Source: Lingula anatina | Lineage: Eukaryota > Animalia > Brachiopoda | DNA: 64,000 nt | Assembly (NCBI GenBank): GCA_051362555.1 | Contig: CM120646.1 | Location: 13,330,001 to 13,394,000, forward strand | Direction: 5' to 3' | Notes under the pieces: model-generated | The model's input: the letters and a program-made list of their open reading frames with translations, nothing else | What the model was told of the DNA's origin: nothing | The model's database searches: none | In this document: positions 22,499 through 34,943 of the stretch, piece by piece | Position numbering within the stretch: position 1 is the stretch's first letter | Layout: each line of letters begins with the position of its first letter | Position numbers and translations under genes: made by a program

Positions 22499-25084
22499 GG
22501 ACTACCATCTTTAAAAATCTGTCAAATATTCCTTGCTGGATTATAATGGAGGTACTTTCATGTGAAAGCGGACGGATGTGTCTCATTATAACAAACAATT
22601 TCGTGTTTCTAAACTTTGCAGTGTATTTTAAACTTTTGAATTCTTTGTTGAAAATGACACTTAAACAGCACTTAAATCGGGGACACAGACATACCAGTCT
22701 GTTTTGCTGCCGTACATTTTGGAAAAGAAGGCTGTTAGAATTGTATTGTCACGACATTTGGTCAACTCAGGGATCCTTTAGGGCACACATAATAGAGACA
22801 AACAAAAATTGTTCTTCGTCGCAAATTTTGATGGGTGGAGGAAGCGGGCTGTTGTGCGTTACAATCGTTTCGTTTTCAGCCTGAGTTCAAAGTATTATCT
22901 TCCATACATATGAACTATACAATTAGTTCAATTTCAGGATTTAAATACCTAAAATCCACTCTGCTTTTCGTAGAGAAACAATGTGTAAGGGAATCCTATC
23001 ATCTGAGCGTGTAATCACAGATGTTATGGTCCAATCCTGTTTTGTTTGCTTCAGACACGCACAACAGATAGTTTCGTTTCCCCATTCAGATTCGAACCAA
23101 GGACCTAGCATAAATAGTGGAGATTTCCATTGATGACGCAATGACCACTTAAATATTAAATGAATTAGCTGCAGCCGGTTCCCACTTTTTGGCGAAAAAC
23201 GATTTCATGTCATCGCTGTTTAACCGCCGATTCAGGCTAGCAGCGTGCTTTCTCAACTCTGTGAAGTTATGTGCACTCTTTCCTGATCCTTACAATGTAA
23301 TTCATGTATAATGTACAATGTTTACAATGTATGATTTTGAGTGGTGGTCTTTGGGATACTAATATCGTCATACCTGTCAACCATAGTGCAAAGAAGGGGG
23401 AAACGATCAAAATTGTTTAAAGTATACAAAACGAATGTCAAAAAAATTCCCAAATACACCTGTACACTTACAGAGACAATACCTTGAATCTCAAGCGGTT
23501 CACAGTTCCAAGACGATACAGGCCTCTATTTGGATGTGATATTCTGAACTTGTTTGTGTTCAGAATTGTTTAAGTAAAGCTGTTGCAGCCCTGACAGTGT
23601 TAGAGCTCATGATTGATGAGGACAACGAGGGCCAAGATCTTAAACATGAGCCTCTTCGGTGAGGGAAGAGAGGACTGTTGCGCTGGAGCTGATTAAACAT
23701 TGTTTTATCGGGTGTTAAAACGTTCTCAACCTCATTCGACGACTCCAAATGGTGAATTGACCCACTAAACATTTTTGACTTTGTTCAATACAACTGTGGT
23801 ATCTATGTGGTTAACAGTATGCTTTTAAAGAAAAACCTCATACCCCTTTAAAAAATTTCACAATTAAAACGACTCCAACCTTATAAATAAGACTGCAATA
23901 CTTCTCCATTCTTGGTACATTTATTGCATCATATATGTATAAATCAATTAATCTAAAGTGTACGTAAATTACTTAAGGCCTAATACGTAATCCTTACAAT
24001 GTAATTTATGTATAATTATGTAATCATATGTGTATTTATACAATCTTTACAGCGTAAGGTTTGAATGGTGGCCCCTGCGGTTTCTGTAATTCATAAATAA
24101 CATACAGTGTCAATGCCACTGTCAAGAAACCCAACTGATAACAAAAGGCAAAATTACTCAGAAGGGGCTATTTTAATCTGTCACAAAAGAGCAAGTGATT
24201 TAAATCAGAGCAATTAACTGTCTTGATTGCTCTGACTTAGCCTGGATCTGTTAAATGGCAGTGTCTGAGCAGTTATGCAAACAATTCTGAATAGCTTGTT
24301 TTATATTGAAGTTAACTGAGGAATCGGCTAAGTAGCTCCCTACAGAGCGGGTACAATACTGTCTGCGCGAGGGTAGATTTAATTGCTTCCATCTGGCCAA
24401 AAGTTATAGGGTGGATTTTCCCATTTTGTACCACCCTGGAAGAGGGTGGGTTTGAACACTCGCAAATCTTTATAGTCAGGAAAAGAAGGGTGTCAACAAA
24501 GCTGCTTAACGGTCTGTTCATAACCAGCTGATCCACGTACTAACAGACCTGCAGAACAAATTCGGGGCGACCCACTTGAAAGCATGCCGAAATTTTAATT
24601 GCTCTGCCCCTGCTGGGACGGCGGGCGTATCAGAATCCGTATAAGAAATGATATCATAATTACCCTATGCAATTAGGCAATTAGCATTTTCTTGACAAGA
24701 GACCACCCTTTGCTACTCACACGTTGTACCTCTTCTTGATCGTTATCTTTACTTGGCTGGCTGGAAAGTCAGTCCAAGTTTGTACTGAATGTGTGAGGGG
24801 AGATTATCACTTAAGTGGAAGTCAGACTAATAATAGTCTTAGTTCTGATCTGAAATGGTACCTTAGACCAAACCAGGTGCACTAATGTACACAAAGGAAT
24901 GCTTATACGAAAGGGTTTTATTTAAAAACTACAGCTTTTAACACCACCGTGCCAAAAAATAAGATGAAATAAAATTAAACAACCTGAAATTTCCAATATT
25001 TTTTAGGATTAGATTTTAATTTTTTGTACGAGATAAAACAGACTGTGAGAGTCGGTTCAAGTCTATATGATACAAATGTTTTTA

Positions 25085-25960
25085 ATACAGGCGTGCTAGT
25101 GGGGTGGATCAGCGAAAGAATCGTGACACGTTGGATAAAAGGGCCAAATTTAGCATATAGTTACCCTTTGACATACTAAATCAAATTAGAGACGTAGCCT
25201 ACGGAAAAAATTTACTGTTTGGTCAAAAAACCCAAAATGGCCGCTAACTTGTGGAATTCTATAGCAATTTATACATACGTATATGATATTCATCAAAAAA
25301 GTATTTTCACAGTGTTTTCCACATCCTTATTACTCATATTATGCATGCATGTATATGTCAGATAGCAAAAGAGTTCCCTTGGACTTTTTGAAAAATTCCA
25401 AGATGGCGGCCGTATTTCACAGGAATACTAGAACATGTACAAGCGTTTTCAACTAATGCCAACTAGAAAGGTGCGTTGTCCACTATCTATTTAACTTTGT
25501 TTCTGAGTGTTTTCCAGATCCTTATTATTCAAATAATATATTTGTGGTGAGTAACCAACCCTCATTTTTAAGCATTTCAAGAAAATCCAAGATGGCCGCC
25601 ATGTCAAAGTAATACTAGTATACACATGGGGTTTCTGCTGCCAGGGATATATGATAATAATGTTTGTTTCTGAGTATTTTTCACATCCTTTTAATCCATA
25701 TAGTACATATGTGATGAGAATGTTATGTGTATCCTTTACATTTTGAAAACAAAACAAAATGGCTGCCATTAGCCATAAGAAGTGGGGTCCAGTAAATGCC
25801 GAGAGATAGGCTACCTTCAAAATGAAGCTAAATTCAGGCATTCAGTTTGTTTTTCAGTGTTTTCATATCATTATTATCCCATGATACATTTCTATTAGGT
25901 AATAATGTGCATATTTGATCATTTTGGATCATTTTGGGAAATCCAAGATGATTTAAATTT
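25085..25960. mobile_element. Degenerate non-autonomous DNA element with repeated CAA(G/A)ATGGC motifs
   Basis: aaaatggccgc, caagatggcggcc, caagatggccgcc, aaaatggctgcc and ccaagatg recur at roughly 150-180-bp spacing with similar intervening sequence. Confidence 0.5.
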
Positions 25961-26189
25961 TTGGTCAGAAATTTAACCTACTTATGTGATCTACTTTTCT
26001 GCACCATGTATATACAGCATAGTAAGCTAGCAGAAAAATCCATTCAAATATCATTTGTCGGGAAATGTTAAACAATGCCTTCTGACAATTTTCTTAATTA
26101 TACTGTTTGAAACTATATGCTGACATTTGGTTGGTTTTTGTGGCAAAAAATTGATTTTGTATGCATCTTTAATAGGCCTATTTTAAATA

Positions 26190-26868
26190 AGCACACGTTA
26201 CTGCAAGGAGGGACACCAAGCGTTTCTGTCGAGCAGGCTGCTCCACGCTTTCAACAGCTCCACACGTTTACAATGGGAAGTGCTAAGCCAAATTGTTGAG
26301 CCTTGTACTAAACTTATGGGACCGGTGAAACTAATCACAAAGCTAAAAGTGCGACACTTCTAAGCATGTTAAACATTTTTATTTCTTGTGAAAGAAGCTT
26401 GAAAATCTAAACATGTTGTTCAGCTACCCTCTACCAGGGCGTCAGATTTATTTTTTACAGATATTCACAGATATAATTCTAGTTAAATAGACAGTCATTT
26501 CGGTCTGATGTCGCCTCAGCAAAAAATGTCCACCATAACTGCGGCCCTGGTAGAGGGTATTGTTAAGCAGCTCCACGTGTTTACGAATTCCACACCTATA
26601 GCAGCTCCATATGTTTAGCAGCCTCACGCGCTTAGCAGGGAAGGTGCTAAGCCAATGTGCTTAGCTTGCGATAGACTTACTATAGGTTCATATACCGGTG
26701 AAGCTAAACACATAGCTAAACGTGTAACACTGCGAACGTGTTTAGCATTTTCTTCTGCGAAACGCTTGAAAAGCTGTACGTGTTTAGCTTTTACACACAT
26801 TTCTAAATGCGTATAGGTGCTTAACGTATGTTGTATGTATTTAAATGCTAAACACTGTTTTTACAGTG
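26190..26868. mobile_element. CACTA/EnSpm-like remnant with subterminal repeats
   Basis: Many gctaa(a/g)c and gtttagc motifs in both orientations, ending in tttttacagtg (reverse complement of CACTGTAAAAA). The left end was not identified. Confidence 0.45.
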
Positions 26869-26875
26869 TATGACA

Positions 26876-29800
26876 TATCGTGATAGCAATTTCATGGTGG
26901 CGTTGAATCGATTGATAATGGGTAAATGTTTATTCGTGGGACGATAATTCATCATTCGAGTAGATCTACAGGTAGTCATAACGGGTCGTCATAAAAAATA
27001 AAACCACATACACACACTGAACAATAGAAGTTTCACCCCTACTGAACCATTACTTTGGGGGAGATAAATCACTGTGGAATGATATGCCCCTGGTATCATT
27101 TTATTAACATCAAATTTCACAAAAGAAACGGTTCTGACTGAACAATTCAACTGTATCGATATTCTGACATTGCTTATATTCCGCCTCTTCAGGTTAATAA
27201 CTTTTATAACTGAGATTCAAGGGGTGACACTTCTATTGTCCAGTGTGTGTACACTGCTGGAAGATCTTAAACTTAAAACTAATAAGCGCAGAATACATAT
27301 ACGGTATATATTTTGTAAAAGAACAGCATACATTTACACATGCACATGAGGCCTCGCGAGACATCCATTTAAACACTTTACTTTCGGTTTAATGAGCATC
27401 TTTACCTAGAGAAAAAGTATATTTTGGATCAGGTCAGATCACACCGGCTCGTGCCTAGAAAATTTAGAATCAAAACGAAATGTCAACGAACGTGTACTCG
27501 CGTTCACTACTACACTGTGAGTCAGTGAAGAGAAGTTGGACGTTTGGGTGGTGTGTGGGGGTAGGGCAATATCATTAGTATTGACTATCCCCATTTCCAA
27601 TGTTTAATTTGCAAACAAACCTGTTAAAAAGGATAACAACTCTTTATATGAGAGTCCAAATTCCACAATTAATACATTGTTAACAACAAAAATGTAAAAT
27701 AAATTCCAATTTACCACCAAAATGGCGGTTATTGCAATTATTCTGGAATCTGTGCTTGCCATCGGACCACAGTGACCTTCATAGATGGCTTCCTTCTGTA
27801 ATGATCTCTTAAGATATTATTAAAAAAACTACACAAAAAAATCCAATGGACTAACTTTGAATGTCGAAACGGATTCAACAACCAAAAGAAAGTATGGGTA
27901 AAATCCGTTTTACAGCACTTTTCCCGCCAAAATGAAGAGTTGTCATCCCTTTAACAGTAAAAAATATCTTTTTCCACAGATGAATTTTGATGTGCGCCCG
28001 ATCGCCGCCATTCTAATTCACAATTGATGTGATCCGGATACACGTTCCTGTAACTTTATTTGCGTCGTACATTGAAGCACCCAATGTCTAACACAGCGAA
28101 TTATCTGAACTTCGGTATCATATATTTAAATCTGAATAAAGAAGATCGACAAGATCTGAACCTCATGCTAGTGTGGGAATAACTGTCAGAATTATTTTGT
28201 ATACAAATAAATAGGGTCTAAACTGAACAATTCTTGCAGCCGTTGTATTAAACTGAACCATCAACTATATTAATGGCTGTATTGATGTACCGGCCGATAC
28301 TAGTACTGATGTTTGTGCAGGTTGGAAAGCCTACTGATGTTTCCTGTTTCATTTTAAAAAGAGGCATGCCTACTGAAAAACGTATCATTTAAAAATCTTC
28401 AACCAAACGATGAATTGATGTAATGTTTATTGCTTCATATCCACAAAAAAAAAATGAAACGTTCAACGTGACTTCGATGGCTATTTCATATATTTGACAT
28501 TGCCATTATTAACGGCACTATTTCGTTCTTGTACTTTTTATTAAAGTAATTGAATAAAACAATTTTGGGTATTTTTTTCATTCAATAAATTACAGTCTCA
28601 TCATTATTGCACATCAAAGCGCAATTGTTTATGAAATACCACCCCCAGTACTTAAAAGAAATAATTCATATATGTGCGTTTATACCCAGTATGATTTATT
28701 TCAAGTGTAATATGTAACCATTAAAACTTGCAAGCTTGACTACCCAACCCAACTCCTAAGGCAATATGTGCACACATGACTATTAAGGTATTGTCCCTAG
28801 AAAAGGCATCATGACCCTAAAGGTCCAAATATCAAACTGTTTTTACTACATTCCAAGCACACGTATGCAAGTTACAACGTGCTTTTGATATATCACTGAT
28901 TTACATATAAATGACCAAAGAAAAATGAAATACATTACACATTAACAAAATTGATTCATATTTTTTTCAGTCAAAGACACTGATATGAAAGTAGGGTTAA
29001 ATCAAATAATGTCACCACAGAAGACACAAAATGTGTTGAAAATATAACGACACAGGGTCCCAAGCCTTGATCGTGGAAATTGTGTCTCATTATTCACAAC
29101 AACCACTGTATGATGATCTACGATTTCCTTCCATTTCGACATTTCGCGGTTCTTATCATACCGATATATTTGGCAAATATTGGCCACATTGATTGATCGA
29201 GCGAATTCTGCACCCAGCATTGTCAAAGCATGCTCTTTTGTATCAGAACGTTTTTCGGCATGCACAACAAACACTTGGTGTGGATATCGAGCAGCGGTCT
29301 TTGCAAGAAGTTTGGGTAAAGTTACCATCTTGTCTTCAGTAACAATCTGAACCAAATACTCCAAAATGCATTCGCGAATAAAAGAGCTTCGTTCTTCAAA
29401 TTTCATAACAACTTCATTTAACTCTGATGTCATGTTACCTTGTCGTGCAATGGTGTTATGTAGCGAGCTTATCGGCTTCAGCAAAATAGCATTCGTTTTC
29501 ATAAACACTCCGCCATGCATATACAATAGTACAAGTGGCATTAATGTTGTATCATAATTGCTATGTTGCGTTTCTCTCGATTTGACCATTTCCAAAAAGC
29601 TTGCAATAGGTTCCGTGAAAGTGTTGGGGTCATACTGGGTAAGTTGATCCAACATCATGCCCAATGTGTAGTTCTGAACGGCCACGTGATACCCGACTTC
29701 TGTGAACAGTTGCACATCCGACTGACCCAAAGTGTTGCTATATATTAACACCTTCGCAAAGGGATGATGGTAAAATATACTTTCTATTGAACGACGTTCT

Positions 29801-32340
29801 TTCAGAGAAAGGAAAGAAGACCAGGACAAAAGGGAGAATATTAATTCGTTTCTGAGAGGGGCATCTGGGATATTTAGAGGAACAATGCCAAAAGTTATAG
29901 CAGTTTCGCGGAAGTCAGGTCGTTTCTGAATCTCATGCCACAAAGTAGCACGCAACCGCATCATCTTACCGCCGTTTGGATTAGGTTGCGGGCGATCCCA
30001 GTCAAACCCTTCAAGTCCCGAAAACGTCTTCGTTTTGCCTTCACCCTTAGTAGTGACTCTGTGGAACAAATCTGATAACCCTTCGAGTCGATAGTGAGAA
30101 CCTCCCGGCAGATGATCGGTTTGAACAAATACTACTGGTGTGCCCATTGCAACAGAGGGCAATGCGCAATGGAGTCTAGATGTAATAACCAATTTTGCCC
30201 GTGCGTATCGTTTAATCAAACTATACACGTGCTCCATCAGTGACCATGAATTGTTTCGCACAACGTGTGATATTGAAATAAGAGATGTTTTAATATGATG
30301 GGGAACGATTTCTTTTAAAGTACTGTTATCAACGTCAACAACAATTATTTCTTGGCCTCTTTCGTGCTTATCAAAAGGGTTTTCCAGTAAAAGGGTGGCA
30401 CATCCCGACAGATACGAGTCTACGTTGTTGTCTAATAGGCTTCGTACAGTGAACGTATCACGCGCACCAACAAGTCCTTTGTTGTGAACATAGTTTGCAT
30501 TTGTTTTCTTTAAAAACGATCTTTGTAAAAACCATTTGGTCATATGCATTGATATCAACAATGGATCTACGTAAGGTGGAGGAGGCCATGTGGTTTCTAG
30601 CCCGTACCATGCATTGATGATCATTGTGACGGTTTCTTTCTTTTTTTCGGTTGGTGTCTTTTGTTTTGGGTTATTACCAATGCTAGACACAGACCAATCC
30701 TCTCGGTCGACACATCTGTCCAAGTAAGGCAGAAATTGCAATGCTGCCCAACTTTGCATTTCATCTCCCAAGTTGTGTGATCGCCCGGTGTAGCAGAGCA
30801 TGCCGTAGTGATTTTGTCTCGGGGGTAATTTTATCAAAACCTCACTAGGACTGGCTTTTGTTATCAAATTACTATCCTGTTTCATCTGAAATACAAGAGA
30901 CTCTATATTCCAAGTTTTGGCATTTTCGTTTTTTAAATAGTCTATATGAGTTTCTGTCATGACCCGTTCAATAAACGGTGACCTTTTCTCAAAACGTGAC
31001 TGTAGGAACATACTACTTTTGCTGATCCATTCACCAATGAAGAAATCATCCGGTATTGGGGAAGGAATGTCGTACAAAAGATTTAGGTGCAGTCCACCAT
31101 AGTTCCACAACACAAGCAGAACACTTACCTGATGCAAATATGAGAGGAAACGACCACCATGCTTATGTCGGTAATATATAGATTCTGAGACAAAATTTTT
31201 AAGCGGTGTATCCTTAGCCAAATAACGTAGAAACAGACGAGTTGCTGCAACATTTTTGAATTTACCCGCCAATTGAACCCTGTTTATTTGATCTTCACAA
31301 TGCTTGCTCCCACAAAATACAGTTATGTTTCGATTAGAGTTGGACAAGAAGATTTCCTGGATCTTGGTTTCTAATTGTGGCGGGATTGCTCTAGAGTTTG
31401 ACCACACTAACAGTAAATCCATCTTTGTATCAGTGTAATTATTGTTTATATCCTGTAAGTATCCGTTGATGATCTTCTTACTTCCATTAACCTGTAAGTC
31501 TTCATCAGTTTTCCAAATAATGGTTCTTGATTCCTCTTTTGCGTGTTTTCCTGAAGTTGGTGGTCTCGCACCCTGGTGAATCAAAAGAGAACACATTGCG
31601 TTTTTATTGATGCCTTTACACCTGTTCTGTGCATGCGCTAGTAATTGCAGCGCAGTCTAGACTTCTCGTATTTAGAAACCTGTGTGGGCAAAGGTTTATT
31701 TTTGAGATATGACATGGAGGGGGCTAAATAGGTCGAGTGTTGGAAAAGGCACCACCAGATGGATTCAAATGAGTGAACCATGATGTCTGACTGTGCTAAT
31801 TAAGTGGCGCCAAAACTCAACATTCACTGTCTTTTTCATGGTAAACACCTGGGAATATAGCTGCTCAAAAACTTTTAATGCAAGGGTCGTGTTAGTAAAG
31901 TAGATATGCAGAATGATCCAATGTTTAGTGTAAAGATTAACAATTTGCAGGTGTATGTCAATCATTCGTCTATCGGGTTTTAGACTCAGAAACAAAGGCA
32001 TCATGCTATACATTAAAAGACTTAAGCACCCTTTGTACTTAGCAAAGTAAACTACTTTCTGCGTTCCTTGTTATTTTTCATCTATCATCATCTATCAACT
32101 ATCTCTTAATCCTGATAAATCAAGATGCTCAGGAAGTGGCTTTGTAATTTCCATTTCAAACCCTGCCATCATAAATTCTATTACCTACCATGTAATGAAG
32201 TGCGCTCCAAAAGATATGAAGTATGATAAGAACAAGTAGTCCAGTAAAGAAAACCCGCTTTTGACTTCGTGACATTCGAAGCATTGTGCTTGAAGATCTG
32301 TAAATAAAATAAAAGAATAATAATAATATTGGTTTTACGA
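26876..32340. repeat. Segmental duplication unit B
   Basis: Same orientation as unit A, offset about 10.1 kb. Non-coding parts are visibly more diverged, with small indels, than the central CDS. Confidence 0.95.
29002..32284 (-). CDS. Paralog of the GT32-like/pyruvyltransferase/GT32-like protein; copy B, 888 aa
   Basis: Exon 32189-32284 encodes MLRMSRSQKRVFFTGLLVLIILHIFWSALHYM with a GTAGGT donor, joined to exon 29002-31572 (2571 nt, same length as copy A). All motifs are retained, with no frameshift or stop. Confidence 0.88.
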
Positions 32341-32368
32341 ACAGACAAAGGTATTACAATTGAGGAAG

Positions 32369-32423
<55 letters not shown>
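32369..32423. repeat. (TA)n microsatellite
   Basis: Pure TA tract at the position equivalent to the tract at the end of unit A. Confidence 0.95.
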
Positions 32424-32425
<2 letters not shown>

Positions 32426-33339
32426 ATCAAGCCCATTTAGTCACGATCATCTCACTGCTTACAACCCACAGGAGTATAAGACCATTCGGAATGAATTGAT
32501 TACTGTTGTGGAAAAAATTGATGACATACCGAGTAAGTATAGCAGATCAGCTGAAAAAAAGTTGGACTGCGTCACAATAATAAAAGATGAGGCAACTGAT
32601 TGTAGTAACAAAGAAAAGCTGCCACTTGCATAGGGAAAAGGGGAAAGTCCACCCTGTGATTTATGGCCAAATGGAAGCAATTAAATCTGTCCGCGAGCAG
32701 ATGGCATTGTACCCGCTCTGTAGGGAACTACTAAGGTGATTCCTCAATTAACTGCAATACGTACTAACAAGCTATCCAGAAGGGCTTATTTTTATCTGTC
32801 ACAAAAGAGCAAGTGATTTTAAATCAGATTAAAACACTCTCCTGTCAAAAGACAATAGGTCATGCCAATGTCTGAAGGAATCTGAGTTCCAGGTAAGGGT
32901 TAGGTCTTATCAAGCGGCTTTAAACATGGGATGGGCCAGTGGGGATGTTTCATGGTATGGGACTGAACGTCCGCCGTTCACTAAACAGACTTACGGCCCA
33001 TTTGATACTTGCTTGCGTTTTGTTATGTATTCTAGTTGCCAAATTCCGAAAAAAAATCAGAACTAGCCGACGGCTTCTCGAACCTCTCCAGCTGCTCATC
33101 TTTAATGTCATGTTTAAAGAGATTTTGCTTTAGAATTGCCATCATGACAGAGAGACGTCGTTTTCCATTGTTACTTCTGCGTTATGTTACCTGCTGAGTG
33201 ACACAGATAAGTGAAGCTATTGGTGTGACCGCGTGTTACCAGACTCGTTTCACGTGCCGCATTGCGACAAAGTGACAATTAACCGTTCAGTTTAATTAGT
33301 CATTACCAGGGTTAATGAATCGTGCTTTAAGCCAGATTA

Positions 33340-33447
33340 AGCACTCGGCGCTGAGCTTTAGGAGAAAAAGAGCAGATAACTGTCTCGGCTTCGCCTCGCG
33401 AATTGTCTGCTCTATTTCTCGTTAAGCTCAGCGCCTTGTACTTTATC
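33340..33447. repeat. Long imperfect palindrome, likely a transposon-derived hairpin
   Basis: ggcgctgagctt..gagcaga [ctcggcttcgcctcg] tctgctc..aagctcagcgcc. Confidence 0.6.
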
Positions 33448-34077
33448 TATACCGGAATTAACTGTCTTGATTGCTGTCAAAGAGACTCAGCCTGGATCTG
33501 TTAAATGTCAGTGTCTGAGCAGTTATGCAAACAATTACCAGCCCTGTAATCAACCTAGAAATTTCATAACAGGGTCAGGGATAGTAAAATGGCCGTCTAT
33601 TTATGTAAAGACATATCTGTAAATATCCTGTGGCCCTGGTAGAGGATACAATATTACATGGTGTAACCACAGAAGCAGTACTTCGACATGCAATCAAGAA
33701 AACGAAGAGAATATCCAAAAATAATATTGAAGAAAACATTGAGACTAACAACTGCGCCGTAGAAGCAGTCACACACTTCAAGGGACCAAATTACACAGTG
33801 AACGAGGTTGAAAAATCCCTTCCAGACTTGAAGGTTCAATGAATTACGTGTGTCAATTGGCACAACAGACAATGTTAACTGCTCCACAATAAACGTTTTC
33901 AATGGGGTTGAACTCCCAAAATGAAAGTACGTTTACAATTGTCGTTCATTGATAACCCTGGCATTTTATATATTCACACAAGAATATTAAAAACTAAAGG
34001 ATCAGAGAGGCAATACCGCCTCCAGGTATTGTACCACCGGCTGGAGCAAGCGCATTCGAGGGAAAACAAAAAAGGGG

Positions 34078-34943
34078 GACACCACCTCCAGTGTTGTGCT
34101 TGACAAGCTCTAGAAAATGCAGTACAAGAGTTATCAACTTTTTTGTTGATTACAATTTATAACAAAATCAAAGGGAAAAGTAAAAGGTCAAATTCAAATT
34201 TGTGAAGTGCAGTTCATGGCAAAAAGTAGGTCAAAGGTCAAATTTAAGGTCACAGTTATATTGCCAGTTTATGACTTCCTATTGAAGTTCAATAGTAACT
34301 ATGCGCGTATCTCTGCCAGTTTTGGAGAGATAATGGACAGATAATTTCAAAGTTCACTTTATGGTTAAAAGTAGGTTAAAAGTCAATTTCAAGGTCACAG
34401 TCAGATTGCCAGGATATGACTTCCTATTCAAGCTCAATCGTAACTATAAGTGTATTTCTGCCAGTTTCGGAGATGTAAGGGACAGAAAGGTTCCAAAGTT
34501 CAGTTCATGGTGAAAAGTAGGTCATAGGTCACAGTAAGATTGCCAGTATATGACTTCCTTTTCAAGTTCAGTAGTAACTATGGGCGTATCTCTGGTAATT
34601 TTGGGGTTATTTCACATTTTATATTCACCACTGAATATTGCGACGTTGATCGCATTTCGAAGTATCATACCCCAGAACAAATTTTGTAGGACTACCGCGG
34701 GCTCATCCTGTCGGTGTTCTGACTGATGCTCCGAAATGCGATCTGACACACACCTTGAAAACGAGTAGTGTGGTCATATATACCGGTTAATTCAGGATCC
34801 TCATGTGCCGAGTCTGGTAGTTGGGTAGGCCAGATATATACCGGTACATTGTATATAGCGCAACTATAGTAAACTGTATGGTAAAAGAAAAAAAAAACAG
34901 ACACCACCTACAGTGTTGCGCTTGACAAGCTCTGTAAAATGCA
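34078..34943. repeat. Minisatellite (~125-bp unit x3) bracketed by a ~44-bp direct repeat; Helentron-like
   Basis: The unit aaaagtaggt..aggtcacagt..attgccag..tatgacttcct..aagttcaatagtaactat occurs three times at 34205-34600. gacaccacct.cagtgttg.gcttgacaagctct..aaaatgca occurs at 34078 and 34900. Confidence 0.75.

Noticed and set aside
22215-22598. YIYI and poly-Y/poly-I ORFs (also at 53394, 61744, 61855)
   Set aside because: Translations of (TA)n and (TAA)n microsatellites.
23075-23150. tRNA gene (GGTTCGAATC B-box on the minus strand)
   Set aside because: No convincing cloverleaf. More likely a decayed tRNA-derived SINE head; similar B-box-like repeats occur near 24450 and 39140.
18935-31572. 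Bacterial or viral contamination, or a prokaryotic operon
   Set aside because: Both copies have a canonical spliceosomal intron and a type II anchor, and are embedded among animal repeats next to intron-rich genes.
31765-32013. 82-aa ORF in the copy B intron as an extra exon
   Set aside because: The equivalent frame in copy A has a stop, there is no recognisable motif, and it is not needed for the model.
16779-32340. False duplication from two haplotypes assembled in tandem
   Set aside because: Judged unlikely because of many flank indels, diverged anchor and stem sequences, and different spacers. It is not fully excluded in a heterozygous invertebrate; read depth and spanning reads would settle it.
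33630-33842. 70-aa ORF as a host gene
   Set aside because: No splice context. At most a decayed LINE-like remnant, too degenerate to call.
34200-34610. CRISPR-like repeat array (also considered for 47350-47530 and 61959-62086)
   Set aside because: The units repeat along their whole length with no unique spacers, there are no cas genes, and the context is eukaryotic.
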